Positions 23,050-37,690 of a DNA stretch of 64,000 nt are shown here, piece by piece. Source of the stretch: Octopus sinensis (Eukaryota); NCBI RefSeq assembly GCF_006345805.1, contig NC_043003.1, positions 65,038,001 to 65,102,000 of the forward strand, in the 5' to 3' direction. The translations under genes were made by a program, and so were the position numbers. The notes beneath the pieces were generated by a model, which saw only the letters and a program-made list of their open reading frames with translations, made no database searches and was not told where the DNA came from. Position 1 is the first letter of the stretch. Every line of letters begins with the position of its first letter.

Positions 23050-23985
23050 GACTGTTTACTGATTAACTTGAATGAGACGAGTAATTTGTTGCTGGCCCAA
23101 GAGGTTCGAAGACGATAGAGAGGAGCCGAGAAAGGATGAGAGTTGTGGGAGGGAGATGGACATCAGAACATCAGAGCTGGTTGAGAGAGTTCGCATTTTT
23201 CTGAATGAACACCGTTGTGTGTCTACGAATACAACAAGCATACAGTCTAGAGTTCGTACGGCAATTGTACACACAATCATACATCCGAATATGCGCAAAA
23301 TTTGTGCATAACTTCTACCCAGGGTGCTTATTGACTAACAGAAGGAAAGATCTGTTGGGGACAGAAGGGGGATGGTTGAGATCCAAGAGCGCTTTTGCTT
23401 CTGGTAACCTTTGACAAAATCTAGATCTACTCTTATCGTCCAGAGACCGATGGAGTGATCCTAGTTCCCTGTCCTCACTCAAGAAAGCTGGGAAAAGCAA
23501 GTCCCCTGGGAAGCTCATAATGATTCTCTGTTTTCGAAAGCAAGGGCATCATCTGCATCCGCTGGGTTTCCCTGACCAGACTTTGTGGAGGCTTAGAGGG
23601 AGTACAGGAAAAGATTTCGTTGCTACAGACCCGACATCTCCGAATCGGGTCGGTGGCATCTGTACTTGGGCAATGCACCATTCAATAATTCCATCCTTGT
23701 AACCAACTACTTGACAGAGATGTGAATCGAAACAGTTTCTCACTCCCACCTACAGTCTAGACTTTAGTACCTGTAACCTCTTGTTGGTCCCCAAGCTGAA
23801 GAACCTCAGGAGCATATTGAAGGTGTGGAGGACAACCATGGAGACTTTATGAAGTGACTGAAGCACTATAATTCAAGCCACAGAATCCTACTTTGAGGAT
23901 TAGAGTTTTGTACTTATCTGAAATTAATAAATGTCTGGAATGGAAATTAATAAATGTCTGTCCTGAAAAAATCTCGCAACCTCTG
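23050..23985 (+). mobile_element. Highly degenerate mariner transposase relic
   Basis: KRFEDDREE..VERVR..VHTIIH..MRKICA, GKL.MIL, and PTYSLDFSTCNLLLVPKLK corresponding to PPYSPDLAPCDFWLFPKLK. Confidence 0.7.
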
Positions 23986-24313
23986 GAATGGAGTTTGCTT
24001 AATATATCCTTTCTTAATTAAAGACGATAAGATATGATTTGAAAGATATTCGGCTGTTATTTCTAGTTGTTATGTTTACAGACTGTAATCATAGAAACCC
24101 TATTACAGACTCTAGTGCATTATTTGATTTGCTTATAGCCAATATCGCTGATGTTGCTATTGTTTAATATTGCAGCTGGTAGACGTGCAATTACAGCGCC
24201 GCTTTTATTTGGATTATAATTGTTGAATCCACTCGTAAAGCAGAATCGAAACTTCAATATACACTTACGTTTAACCCATATAAATATATAAATATGCTTG
24301 CACATACATACAA

Positions 24314-24346
<33 letters not shown>

Positions 24347-25154
24347 CATACATACATACATACATACATACATACATACATACATACATACGTACGTACC
24401 TACATACATGTTTCCGTATATGCTTTTCCTCATACATGCACGTACATGGATATCTGCATATACATACAACATGCAATTATATGTGACTATAACTCTGATT
24501 ATGAAAAGGGAGGTATTCGTGTTTGTGTGTGTGTGTATGTGTTTATGTGCGTGTGTGTGTGTCTGTGTTTCGACAATAATTTGAACGTAATTAGCAGATG
24601 ATTAAGCAATAGCGTATTTTGTAATTGAAGCTGAACAACAGTGCATAATGACAACCTATATATCGCATGATATGCAAAATTAACTGTTGTAAAACAAATG
24701 CCTGCTTGCGTATTTGCTTTACTGCAAATACTCAAACAAGAACGACAGAAATATTGGTCAGCCTTCCGAGATAATAGAAGTACTGGCGTTAGTAACAATG
24801 CATGTGATTAATAGTTGTTATGGTGATGATAACTAATCACATGTACTGTTGGTGTTGGTAGGTCGTGGTATGACGGAGGAATAGATGGCGGTAATGGAAA
24901 TAATTTTAATGATTATTATATACTCTATTGCTAAGTAGTATCATTTTCGTATAATACAGAAACGGAGCTGAAAGCTAAAATATTCATACGTACAATTGTA
25001 TGCAGGTACCTACAAAGAAAACATCTATAAAACAAAAATTTAAAAATCCTTCGCGAGCCATAGAAAGCAGGTTTCCCTGAATACTGTAGCATATATGTTC
25101 GCCCCATCAATATCATGACTGGACGCGATGGTGATCGGTCACTGGATTATTTCT

Positions 25155-25292
25155 TTTTGCTAGCTGAGTGGACTGGAGCAATGTGAAACGAAGTGTCTTG
25201 CTCAAGAACACAATGTGTTGCCTGGTTCAGGAATTGAAACCACAATCTTACGATCATGAGTCATTCACCTTTACCACTAAGCCACATAGCTC
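25155..25292 (-). mobile_element. SINE family D
   Basis: Reverse complement of tRNA head plus TTGTGTTCTTGAGCAAGACAC...TTGCTCCAGTCCACTCAG body; matches 29855-30050. Confidence 0.65.
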
Positions 25293-25329
25293 CAATTATC
25301 AATGCACCCATGCATATATACTGACATAC

Positions 25330-25830
25330 ACACGGCTGCGGGCTTTCACCTTAACGTTGGTGGGGGTGTTTGCGTTCTTCAATGACCAGAATATCTATGC
25401 CGTCCGGAGTCTTGTACTCCGGGTAGGGTCACCCAAGGCGGTAAGGTCGACGGGTAGAAGTCAGACAAAGGATAGTCCACTGGTCACCCAGTTTGGGGTT
25501 TGAGCAATGTCCTAATAGCCCATTTTCGTAAAAAAAAAACCCCACTTATTACTGAAAGCAGAAGCGCTCAAAGAGAAAATCCATACCACGTGAAGCCTAG
25601 CTTTGAGAATGAGACTTGACAAGTACCAGATGACGATAACATCAGATTCTTGGATGACCAGAGCACAATGAAGTTGTTGGGCCAAAGCCGCAAGGAAACC
25701 CCAGAACCGAAGAAATACCGTTCATCAATAAAAGACCCGGGTCATGAGAGGCAGTCATGTTGCAAGTGATCATCAGCTTGTAAGTTCACAAGTGAAGTTG
25801 AAACTTGGACAACATCCATGGTTGACAAAG
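25330..25830 (+). mobile_element. RTE-type LINE 5' relic with deleted endonuclease
   Basis: GGGTAGGGTCACCC...CTGGTCACCCAGTTTGGGG...CGTAAAAA leader typical of RTE 5' regions; RGSHVASDHQLVSSQVKLKL APE C-terminal motif at ~25749-25810. Confidence 0.55.
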
Positions 25831-25844
25831 AACAACTGGGACTG

Positions 25845-26178
25845 CTAAATAATTTATGGCTAACACCTTATTATATGTATTCAGCTCAGACTTCAGGATT
25901 GCTCGAACTATTCTTTAACAATCCTTCCTAACCTTCTCTTTCATGCTTGCATGCTAGATACCAGAGCCTTCATTAATTCCTAGGTATTTATAGGTTTGTT
26001 CCTGTTCAAGTTCCTTTCTTACTGTTTCGACATCTAATTCGATTGAACTTGACTTTACCAATTTCCCTTTCTTAAAAGTGGCTTTGGTACACTTTTCAAG
26101 GCCAAACTCCATCCCGATATCATCACTGAATCCTTTCACAGTATGGAAGAGTCCTTCAAGCTCTTCATCATCTTTGAC
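25845..26178 (-). mobile_element. R4/Dong-type RT fragment
   Basis: KDDEELEGLFHTVKGFSDDIGMEFGLEKC...YKYLGINE...ILKSELN..NKVLAIN. Confidence 0.8.
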
Positions 26179-26528
<350 letters not shown>

Positions 26529-27338
26529 GGTTTGCAGTTTGTTTGGAGCAAAAAATGTTCCTAAATCTACATCCAAAGTTTCCAGACATTCCCAGCAATA
26601 TTTTCGGGACATGAAAAAGATTTCGCTTCTGCGTTGCATCGTATATAATGGTCAAATATCTGTAGACTTCACAGTCAAAGGATTTTCCGATCGTTAGGCT
26701 TCCACGTCGCCATTTTCGCGTTAATTTGTTTCATAGGGAGTAAATTTATGTACGCTTTACCGCCTATTCTTCACCATTCGGCTTCCGTGTCTGCAACTAC
26801 GTGTTAATTTTCTTTTTTTTTTTTATATATTATCTACTTATTTGTATGCGTGTGTTGTTTGCATTCCAAATTAACTGCAATATTTATACAAAAATAAGAA
26901 ATATTACAAAACAAAAAAATAAAACTAGAACATTCATCTGTGTGCATGTCTGTGTATAAGCGATTGTGTACAGAGATAGAGAGAGGGAGAGAGCGAGAGG
27001 AAGCTGCTCTTGTTGTTTTTGTTGTTGTTGTTCTTGTTTTCGTTGTTGTTGTTGTTGTGTGTGTGTGCGTGCGAGTGTGTGTGTACATTTATGATATTTT
27101 TACCAAAATCTCAAAATTCATATGGCTGCCCCCGTTATGTGAGTAACATAGCTGTTCGGTAAAGATAATTGAAATAACTACCCTAATAAAATAAATACTG
27201 GGTTTGATATGGTCGACAAATCACTCGAAGGTGGTGCTCCAGCGTGGCCGATGTCCACTGAGTGCAACCAATAAAAAAATATAGATGTGTGCGTATATAT
27301 ACGTTGGTACGTCTGCATATATACACATACATACATAC

Positions 27339-27384
<46 letters not shown>

Positions 27385-27709
27385 TATATATACATATACC
27401 AACACACATTTACACACACTCACACACACACAGACACAAAACATAGACATATTAATTATGGCAGAGTCTTTCATGTGTACATGCTTGGTTAAACAAACAG
27501 CTAGTCTCCTGAACAGTTTAATGTTGAACCGGTCATATTCCCTAATGACGCATTTGGTCTGTCTAAGAAGTCGCTAAAAATAATTTCTTTTGTATACGGT
27601 TGAAGGAATTTCTACTGGCTTGATGGGCATGTATTTTTAGTGATAAACATGCACAATACAAATATATGTATGTTTATATATACACATACATACACACATA
27701 CATATATTC

Positions 27710-27756
<47 letters not shown>

Positions 27757-27782
27757 AACACAAATATACATATATAAATAAC

Positions 27783-27843
<61 letters not shown>

Positions 27844-27859
27844 TACTATATACTGTTAT

Positions 27860-28277
27860 TCTTTTATTTGTTTCAGTCACTTGACTGTGGCCATACTGGA
27901 GCACCACCTTAAAAGATTTTAGTCGAACAATTCGATCCCAGGACGTATTTTTTGTAAGCCTAGTACTTATTCTATATGTGTCTTTTGCCGAGCTTCTAAG
28001 TTACAGGAACGAAAACATATAAGCATCGGTTGTCAAGCGATGGTGGGTAGGAGGGGACAAACACAGACACATAAACACATATGTACGCGCGCATACTCCG
28101 TCACTCCTCCACACAGAGAACGCGCCGCTTTCAGCTTCGATTTACCAAAATCCACTCACAAGGCTTTGGTCAACCCGAGGTTATAGTAGAAGACACTTGC
28201 CCAAGGTGCTACGCAGTGGGTCTGAACCAGTTGTTTGGGAAGCAAGCTTCCTACCACACAGCCACGGTTGCGCCTAT
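27860..28277 (-). mobile_element. SINE family B, full length
   Basis: Reverse complement of both B halves. Confidence 0.85.
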
Positions 28278-28289
28278 ATATATATATGT

Positions 28290-28362
<73 letters not shown>

Positions 28363-28372
28363 TATGTATATG

Positions 28373-28410
<38 letters not shown>

Positions 28411-29441
28411 TCTACGGACAAAGAATTACGTAAGTAATTTTTTCGGTAATAGAAGACATCGGTATATGATTAATTTTTGAGTTTTTTGTAATTTTCATCT
28501 GTCTTGCTCACCTATGTTCTGGTGTTCGCTGAATTTTCTCAGGAGAACATTCTTCCTTTGTAGTTAGATCGTATGTGATCTTCTAGCATATGGCTATCCA
28601 CCTAGTGGAATTTTTAGCTATACATTCGATCCTTCTTCCAAGAAATCTGATGCTCGTAGATTAGTTTTTCCTTGGGGCTGGCCGGATCGGAGCGATCTCA
28701 AGATTAATCAGCCGAAATTGCTACGATGATTCGGTTCTTGACTGAAGATTGAAGGCTTCGAATGTCCCGTCCGTGTTTTTTGTATCGTCTTCTAAATGTT
28801 TTACGTTTTGTCCCAGTTTTTATTTTTCTACATAAAATAATATATATATATATTTACAAAATATAGGGGTTTAGTTCACAGGCGATCTAAACGGATAGAT
28901 ATGCTGAGTAAGTGTTGTAACGGATTACCAGGGTTCCAAGCTCGCGACCGAGACAGGAGTCATTGAACTATGGAAACTACTGTGGATTTCCGACATAGAG
29001 GATGTAAATTTATTAAAAATGTCAGCTGCTTCTCTCTCTGTAAATCTGACCTCTCTCTCTACTTATTATTATTATTCTTCCTCTTTTTCCCTCAATACAC
29101 TCTACCGCTCTATTGCGATACCTCTCTCTTTCTACTTATTTCTTTAGCCAATTTATATTATCTCATACTACCATTCTATTACGAGTCTTCGACATGAAAG
29201 TATTCTTCCTGGACATCTACAATATGACGAATATTATCTTACCTGGATTCACATTCGATTGTACCTAAAGGCTTATGATTAGCACCTGTAGCATCGGAAA
29301 CTTAAACTGTGAACTTATATATACATTTTTTTTCTTCTTCTCTTTTTCCAACATCTCTCCATCGTTTCCATAAGCTATACCCTCTCACTTTCTCACCATC
29401 TTGCCTTGGTACTTGTTTTCCATTTTAACAAATTTGTATAT

Positions 29442-29792
29442 AGCCGCAGGAGTGGCTGTGTGGTAAGTGACTCGCTTACCAACCACATGGTTCCAGGTTT
29501 AGTCCCACTGTATGGTAACATAGCCAAGTGTCTTCTACTATAACCTCGGGCCGACCAAAGCCTTGTGAGCGGATTTGGTAGACGGAAACTGAAAGAAGCC
29601 CGTCCTATATATGTATGTGTGTGTGTCTGTGTTTGTTCCCCTGCCATCGCTTGATAACCGTGTGTTTACGTCCCCGTAACTTAGCGGTTCGGTAAAAGAG
29701 ACGGATAGAATAAGTATTAGGCTTACAAAGAAAAATCCTGGAGTCCATTTGTTCGACTAAAGGCGGTGCTTCGGCATGGCCGCAGTCAAATG
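29442..29792 (+). mobile_element. SINE family B, full length, short internal microsatellite
   Basis: GCAGGAGTGGCTGTGTGGTAAG...CATGGCCGCAGTCAAATG. Confidence 0.85.
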
Positions 29793-29854
29793 AATATATA
29801 TATATATATATCCAAACCTTCCAATATATATATATATATATATAGACATATTCA

Positions 29855-30050
29855 AGACACGTAGCTTAGTTGTTAGGGTATTCGGCTCACGATCATAAGG
29901 TCCTGAGTTCAATTCCCGCCGGTGCATTGTGTCCATAAGCTAGACGCTTTGTTTCACTTTGCTCCAGTCCACTCCAGTGGCAGAAAATGATTATTATCTG
30001 TATTTTAAAGGGCCTGCCTTGTCACATTCTGTATCACACTGAATATACAT
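29855..30050 (+). mobile_element. SINE family D
   Basis: GTAGCTTAGTTGTTAGGG A box, GAGTTCAATTCC B box, TTGCTCCAGTCCACTC body. Confidence 0.7.
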
Positions 30051-30699
30051 ACATATATATATATATAAAACTTACCTTTTAAAGGCAACCTGTTTCAGTC
30101 GTTAGACTGCGGCAGTTCTGGGGCACCATCTTGAAAAACTATTTTTATTGGAATGAATGGCCTCTTTCGCCAAACCGCTAAGTTACGGGAACATAAACAT
30201 ACCAAGAGCGGTTGTTAAGCGGTGGTGGGCACAAAAGTATACAGACACATATCGATATATATGCATACAACAGACTTCTTTCACAGGCTTCTTACCACAC
30301 AGTCATGTTGTTAAAAATTAGCCCTCAAAATAACATGACATACAATAATTAAGAATATAAATATATAAAAAGTAATTGACTTTATTTCGTATAGTATAAA
30401 GTTACTTACTGCGAGGAAACCATCCGCTTCCAACTAACAGCCAATCAATTATCTAAAAGCTACTTCAACCAACAAGTCGATCTATCAATATTTAAAGCCT
30501 ATTTACGGAAGCTATAAAAACAATTACAGAATATTTCCTGTCTGTTACGTTCTTTCTAGTTGTTGGTCTGTTTCATATACATACACATACATAACTACCT
30601 ACCGACTTGCACATAGATAGATAGATAGATAGATTGACACATACATACATACACACATACATAGATACATACGTACATACATGCATACATACATATGTC

Positions 30700-30990
30700 C
30701 AGCTGTGAAAACCATCTGGTCTCTGGACACGAATGTGGTCAGGAAAATACAAAAGGAAGAGTACATCTATGGGTCATTGATAGGGAGTTTGCAAATCCAC
30801 ACAAGATACACTTTCGGTTTCATACTTATTATTGTTGGAGCAACAGAGTACATATCAACCCGTCTGGAGTAAAGTATGCTGAAGTTGGGCTCTTGGGGAG
30901 AGAATGCAAATCCTTAGTTCATACTCTACAACTCAACACCATGACTGAAACTATAAAAATCTGCAAGATCTTCTTAAGATTTAAAAGATA
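30700..30990 (+). mobile_element. R4/Dong-type C-terminal relic
   Basis: IYGSLIGSLQI..YTFGFILIIVGATEY..IKICKIFLRF parallels 10710-11057. Confidence 0.65.
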
Positions 30991-31081
30991 ATGGTAAAAA
31001 CGAGTTACTTCCCTTCACAAGCTTGCTACCAGATATGTGACAGGTCAAAATTTACTTTAAAATTAAAAAGAGAAAGAGACC

Positions 31082-31112
<31 letters not shown>

Positions 31113-31321
31113 CATACATACATACATGCATACATACATACATACATACACACACACATACATACATACATACATACATACATACATACATACATACATA
31201 CATACATACATACATACATACATACATTACCAGGGTCCTGGCATATATTACACACTGTCTAAATACCAATCTTGAGAAATTAGGTTTCTCAAAAAAAGAA
31301 AGGAGAAAACTAATTCGAAGA

Positions 31322-31650
31322 CTACGGTTTCGATTCCCAGACTGGGCGTTGTGAGTGTTTATTGAGCGAAAACACCTAAAGCTCCAGGAGGCACCGGCAG
31401 GGGGTGGTGACGAACCCTGCTGTACTGTTTCACCACAACTTTCTCTCATTTTTTTCCTTTTTCTGTTGTACCACTATTTCGAAGGGCCAGCTTTGTCACA
31501 CTCTGGGTTACGCTGAATCTCCCCGAAAACTACGTTAAAGGTACACGTGTCTGTGGAGTGCTCAGCCATTTGCGTGTTAATTTCAGGAGCAGGCTGTTCC
31601 TTTGATCGGATCAACTGGAACCATCATCGTCGTAACTGACCGAGTACCAC
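31322..31650 (+). mobile_element. SINE family C, 5'-truncated
   Basis: GGTTTCGATTCCCAGACTGGGCG...GATCAACTGGAACC; matches 63020-63400. Confidence 0.8.
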
Positions 31651-31961
31651 TACTACTACTACATCAATAGATTATAGAGTTAAACAATTTTGCAAAACGT
31701 GTAACACTTTCCGAGTTTCCTAGCTTAGAACCTAGTGACAGGCCAAATTGAGATAACTACTAAGCCATGGGAAATCGCTGGTTTTACATCACAGTCATCC
31801 TCCCCCAGAAGGATACTGTAACGCTGAATAGTTTTACTTAGCGCCCTGGTACTAATCAAGTGTATTTCTGCTTCCCTGCGCTCAGGCGGAATGTCACCAC
31901 ATGTACTATTTAACAGTTGCTAATTATTTATTACTTTAAAATCATATTGTTTGATCCTTCT

Positions 31962-32254
31962 CGAGCCATGCTTGGCTCATAAGGGCCGGATTCCCGGTTT
32001 CCTTGGCGTATAGGTTCCCCACCTGGACGGGACGCCGGTTCATCGCAGGTGAGCTGTAAGATGCAGGAAGGAGGAAAGAGTGAGAGAAAGTTGTGGCGAA
32101 AGTGTTAGCAGAAGTTCGCCGTTACTTTCTGCCGGAGCCGCGTGGAGCTTAGGTGCTTCGCTTATAAACACACAATATCGCCTGGTCTGAGATTCGAACC
32201 CGCAATCCCTCGACCGCCAGTTCGCTGCTCTAACCACTAGGCCATGTGCCTCCA
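31962..32254 (-). mobile_element. SINE family C variant with a different 3' tail
   Basis: Head GTGGAGGCACATGGCCTAGTGGTTAGAGCAGCG...GGTTCGAATC; tail differs after the CACAACTTTCTCTCAC block. Confidence 0.75.
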
Positions 32255-33079
32255 CAAAATCATATTAGATACAACAAAATTTTCAGTTGCATAACCCCTC
32301 CTATAACTGCTTCGTCATTTACTCTTTCGATTCTCCACCACCTCCTCCTCCCATCCTCTTCCCTCTCCTCCTGTTTATCTCACTCCTCCTGCTACTCCAT
32401 CTCCTCGCTCTCCTGCACCTCTCTCTCTTCCTGCTCCCGCTGCGCCTCCTCCCCTTCCTCTGTCTCTATAATTCTTTCTATTTTACTGTATTTAGTGTTC
32501 CTTTACTCACTGACCGGCACTACGCCTAGTACGTGCACTCTCATCTTACACGTCTGTTGGTAACTCTCTTTATATGTCTCTTTCTCTCTCCTCCTATACT
32601 CTGTAAAGGGTAGCGAGAAAATTGTATGCCGATGGACCCTATCTGGACTGAATACTTTTCCACAGCTGCCCCTAAATCCTGAACAAAAACAAGCTCTTTT
32701 GTTTTTTTATAGAATGTATATTCATTAAGAAATTATCTCGCTTTCTCATTCAGTGTCATTAATAATCATCGTTACATTTATGTCTATCAGCTTTGTTTGC
32801 GAAGAAAATTGCTATGTATTAAGTACGAGCAAAAGCATCCCCTCCATCCAATGGACGGTGATGAGTTGTCAAATATTTAACCTAAATTTTCACAAAACAA
32901 CTTGTCCAACCGTCCCATAGGCCTCCCCTTTGAGAAACACTGATTTAACCTTAATTTGAGACACCAGGAAAAGAAGAAATATAGACTTTTTTCTATTCCA
33001 AGAAAAACGAATTTACAAATGCCCGTTCCCACGGCTTTATCGATCGCATTCTCACTTGGAATCGATTTTTGTAATTTTT

Positions 33080-33205
33080 TCAAGTCTCATACACGCCCTG
33101 ATACCGTCGGTATCTACATATCAAATTTGAGCGGAATCGGATGGAGGATGCTCGAGATCCTAGAAGACACACACACAGAAAGACAGAACGATTTTATATA
33201 ATAGA
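33080..33205 (-). mobile_element. Non-autonomous Helitron-like 5' end
   Basis: Plus strand CAAATTTGAGCGGAATCGG...ACAGAAAGACAGAACGATTTTATATAATAGA|T, same architecture as 2017-2424. Confidence 0.45.
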
Positions 33206-34519
33206 TTTTTGAAATTGATACATAAGGTGCCGGTATAACATTTTCGTTAAGACGCTCAGTTTGGAATCTCGAAGTTCCAGGTTCGGTTCTTGTGCATGAG
33301 GTGTTTTATACTATGTTCTTGGTGAGGTGTTTTATACTATGGCCCTGAGACGATCAACGATTTAAGAGTGAATCTGGTTGACGGAAACAGTGTGAAAATC
33401 GGTCGTATGACTGTCGACTCGTTTAATCGAGCATGACTTTTCGCAACACCAACACTGATACAGCACATTTGCATGGGCACTAAAACATATACGTGAGGGC
33501 AATGGTGTATATAAATTTTCAAATACATAGAAATAATTAAAATATACCAACGTCCGTTTGTCTGGTGAAGTGCTAGCCAGATTGTACTTGATACGTATGT
33601 GAGATACGTCTCTTTCTCAAACAAGACAAAAAACAGAGAAAGAAAGAAAGAAAAGAGTAAGAGTACACGTTTTCAAATACTAAATTCTTCCTCCTTCAGA
33701 CATATTTTCTTTATCTTTCTGTTTTTGTTTTCATTAATATATTTCTTTTCACACAAGGACTTCCCGTAAAAAGAGAAAGAAAAAAAAATCCCACTTATTT
33801 TATCTCCAGCCCAATCATCCTATTTTTGTCACGAACTCCATCACCCCGTTTTTGTCACGAACTACTGATACCTTATCCTCTAACAAAGAAAAAAAAAACA
33901 AACAAAAAAAATATATATATCTAGTATTTCTTTTTCTTTTCGGTATTTACTATTTATTTTTTACTGTTTCTTTTCTTGAAGACCTAATTTTTTTTTCTCT
34001 GGCCTAATGGCATTGTTTATTTTTTTGATGTAGTTTTGTTTGGTCTTCTAATTTCGTTTATGATTCTTGTCAGCATTTTTCCCTTTTCTTTTGCTAAGTT
34101 ATTTATTCATTTCTATCGTCTGCGCTCGTCTAGTTGTGGGGAAGTGCTAAGTTCGTTTGACTTTACGACGAGGACAAAGAATTAGTGACAATACGTTAGA
34201 GCCACAACTCATTAACTGATGAACAGATGCATAAAATATGTTTAGTTGAGTGTGTCAGGCGTTCTAAGTTAAAACTGCTCACTATCTCACTGACGCAGTG
34301 CCGTCGATCAACAATCACAGTGGTAGCCGACATAATGTGTCAAGATGGTGTCATTGCAACACTTTCAATTAGTCACAACTAAAAGTTTGCTTCCTGTGTC
34401 CAGTTGCTGAAATAGATATTGTCATCAAAGATAGGGTTCTCTTTTCTTCCTTCTAATAAAGCAGTTCAGGAAAAAGGTACGATATTTAGTCAATTGGTGT
34501 CAGTGTCAACGGGAGTTAT

Positions 34520-34540
34520 TAATAATAATAATAATAATAA

Positions 34541-34590
<50 letters not shown>

Positions 34591-34608
34591 CAACAACAAC
34601 AACAGCAA

Positions 34609-34662
<54 letters not shown>

Positions 34663-34720
34663 ACTACTACTACTACTACTACTACTACTAATAATAATAA
34701 TAATAACAATTATAATAATA
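34520..34720. repeat. Compound (AAT)/(AAC)/(TAC) microsatellite
   Basis: Direct reading of sequence. Confidence 0.95.
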
Positions 34721-34920
34721 ATCGTTCCTTTATTGGCCACAAGGGCCGAGCACAAAATTAATATGGACAATACAAAATTGGGGTAACGTGGAGATTAACA
34801 CAAAATCGAGTAAACAATAAAGTAGCAATGACAATTAATAATACAATTAAACAATAAAATTCCCTAAAAGGGGGAGAGAGAATCCTCACAGGGACAACCA
34901 AGGAACCCCACACATTCTGT
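34720..34920 (-). mobile_element. Isolated LINE 3'-UTR fragment related to the Tx1 3' end
   Basis: Minus strand TTGTATTGTCCAT...GTGCTCGGCCCTTGTGGCCAATAAAG then (ATT)n; aligns by eye to 17310-17365. Confidence 0.5.
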
Positions 34921-34937
34921 TATTATTATTATTATTA

Positions 34938-34984
<47 letters not shown>

Positions 34985-34987
<3 letters not shown>

Positions 34988-35385
34988 CGGCGAGCTGGCA
35001 GAAACGTTAGCACGTCGGGCGAAATGATTAGCGGTATTTTGTCTGTCTTTACGTTCTGAGTTGAAATTCCGCCGAGGTCGACTTTGCCCTTCATCTTTTC
35101 GGGGTCGATTAAATAAGTACCAGTTACGCACTGGGGTCGATGTAATCGACTTAATCCCTTTGTCTGTCCTTGTTTGTCCCCTCTGTGTTTAGCCCCTTGT
35201 GAGTAGTAAAGAAATAGGTAGTTCGTCTGTCTTTATGTTCTGAGTTCAAATTCCGCCGAGGTCGGCTTTGCCTTTCATCCTTTCGGGGATCGATAAATGA
35301 AGTACCAGTTGCGTACTGGAGCCGAGCTAATCGACTGGCCTCCTTTCACCAAAATTTCGGGCCTTGTGCCTATAGTAGAAAAGAT
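34985..35385 (+). mobile_element. SINE family A: full copy (tail 1) followed by tandem partial copy (tail 2)
   Basis: GGCGGCGAGCTGGCAGAAACGTTAGC head; second copy restarts at ~35222. Confidence 0.9.
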
Positions 35386-35962
35386 TATTACTAACAGCCC
35401 GATATAAGGTACAGATGAGGGCAGCGGAATCAATCTCATTTATACACCAAATGTACCAAATGGGACAAAGGCACATACAGGAGTGGTGATGTGAAACACC
35501 CAGACTGAGGAAGTCAGAAAGACCATGGCGGTGCTCCAGCATGACCACGGCCGCATGGCTGAAATGAGTAAAGGAGTAAAAGATACATCTCTCTCTCTCT
35601 CCCTCTCTCTCTGTACATATATATATATATATATATATGTATATACAAAATAAGAAAATGGAGAAATACATCGAAATCAAATATCAATTACCAGATAATA
35701 CTCAATCACATACTTTATTAAACCACTACATAAGAAACTATAAGGTTAAACATAATAATGCAGGGTAAAACATTGTACATGAAGGAGTGTACATAAAATA
35801 GTAATGTTATACAATAAGTAGAATACGTATAATAGAACATAAATATAAATACACAAGTTCAGCAAAATTTAGATTCAAATGAATATGGTACTTAAGTTAG
35901 ATGCACCAGAATTTTGTATGGTGCTATCCATATAAATCCATGGGGTGATTATGCTTATTTTG

Positions 35963-36034
<72 letters not shown>

Positions 36035-36524
36035 AATGTGCGCGCACGCGCGTCCGTGTGCGCGTGTGTGTACACATACATTGAACTTTATGGTTATGCT
36101 AAAAAGTACTGCACATTTTACCTCCGTGGAAAGATTTCTGTTTTATAAAGGAGAGCATGGTGAACACTGTTCTTGTTCCCATACGTTTGAAGCGAAAATT
36201 TTGGGGATATTGTCCGAAGACCTTATTAGGTATTTTACTACGTATTATTAATTGAAGTGTTGTTCCGCAATGAGTTTAAACATGCAACTACATAACTATT
36301 TCGTTAACCTTTGCCTATATTTTCAACTTGTTTAATAAAAATTTGCACACTATATGGAGGTATTTTCGCATCGAATGAAACAGTGTATATACGTACATAC
36401 ATACAAACATACATACATGCACACATACATACATGCATACATACATATACATACATGTATATATATATGTGTATGTGTGTGTATGTGTGAGTGTATATAT
36501 TATTTTATTCTTTTCTTTATATGT

Positions 36525-36920
36525 TTCAGACATTTGTCTGCGGCCATGCTGGAGCACCGCCTTTAGTCGAACAAATAGACCCTCATGACTTATTCTTTGT
36601 AAGACTAGTACTGATTCTATTGTTCTCTTTTGCCGAACTAATACACACCAATATCAGTTGTCAAGCGATTGTAGGGGACAAGCACAGACACAGAAACACC
36701 CCCACACTCCCACGCATTCACGTGCGCACATACACACATATACATACACACACACACATATATATATATATAACACAACGAGCTTCTTTCAGTTTCCTCT
36801 ACCAAATTCACAACCAAAGCTTTGGTCAGCCCGAGGCTATAATACAAGACACTTGCTCAAGTGGGACTGAAGCCGAAACCATGTGGTTTGTAAGCAAGCT
36901 ACTTACCCCACAGCCACTCT
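36525..36920 (-). mobile_element. SINE family B, full length
   Basis: Reverse complement of both B halves. Confidence 0.85.
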
Positions 36921-37467
36921 ATTTATATACATAAACGTGTGTGAGTGCGCGCGCGCGCGTGTGTGTTTGTGTGTGTCTGTGTGTGCTTGTGCATGTCTGA
37001 AGCCTGTGAATGAAAGGATTGGAACAGCTAGATATGTATCTACATGCGTTCCAAAAGGTGCTCCGAAAGAGTATTGTGTAACTTTATCGTGCTACATAAT
37101 TATTCGGAGTTCTTTCGCATCAGGTACTTGCCACCTGTCACTTAGAAGTCCTTTACCATAACGAGTTCTCTAAAAGAAAACCGGAAAATAAAGATACATT
37201 TAAACAGCCAAAAAGAGTATAAGCGATTCTGTACCTTCCCAACAAGCTATCAGGAACACTTGGATCTCATTACTTCAAATATATACCTATATGCCGTGGC
37301 GTCTCTGGGCATGGCATGATGGGTAGTTGCCCGGCCTAGGTATAGTATTCTGACCTTACCATGTAGTGGTTTGCTGTCAATAAATAAATCCCATAACTCT
37401 CAGTGCACTGATTTGCCCAGGTGACTACGTGCTGCTATGACGGAGCTTGATAGCTTGATATATATTT

Positions 37468-37690
37468 AGGGCGGCGAGCTGGCAGAAACGTTAGCAGACC
37501 GGGCGAAATGCGCAGCCGTATTTCGTCTGTCGTTACGTTCCAAGTTCAAATTCCGCCAAGGTTGACTTTGCCTTTCATCCTTTCGGGGTCGATAAATAAA
37601 GTACCAGTTACGCACTGGGATCGATTTAATCCGTTTGTCAGACCTTGTTTGTCCCTTCTATGTTTAGCCCCTTGTGGGTAGTAAAGAAAA
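37468..37690 (+). mobile_element. SINE family A, tail 1
   Basis: Full head and TGTTTAGCCCCTTGTGGGTAGTAAAG tail. Confidence 0.9.

Noticed and set aside
28680-28800. Possible fourth hammerhead (CCGAAA ... CTGAAGA ... CTTCGAAT)
   Set aside because: Boxes are in an order and spacing for which I could not build stems I and III, and GAAT replaces GAAA downstream.
33296-33342. Short direct repeats (also 33822-33861 and 23919-23958) superficially CRISPR-like
   Set aside because: Only two copies each, in eukaryotic context with no cas genes; local slippage duplications.
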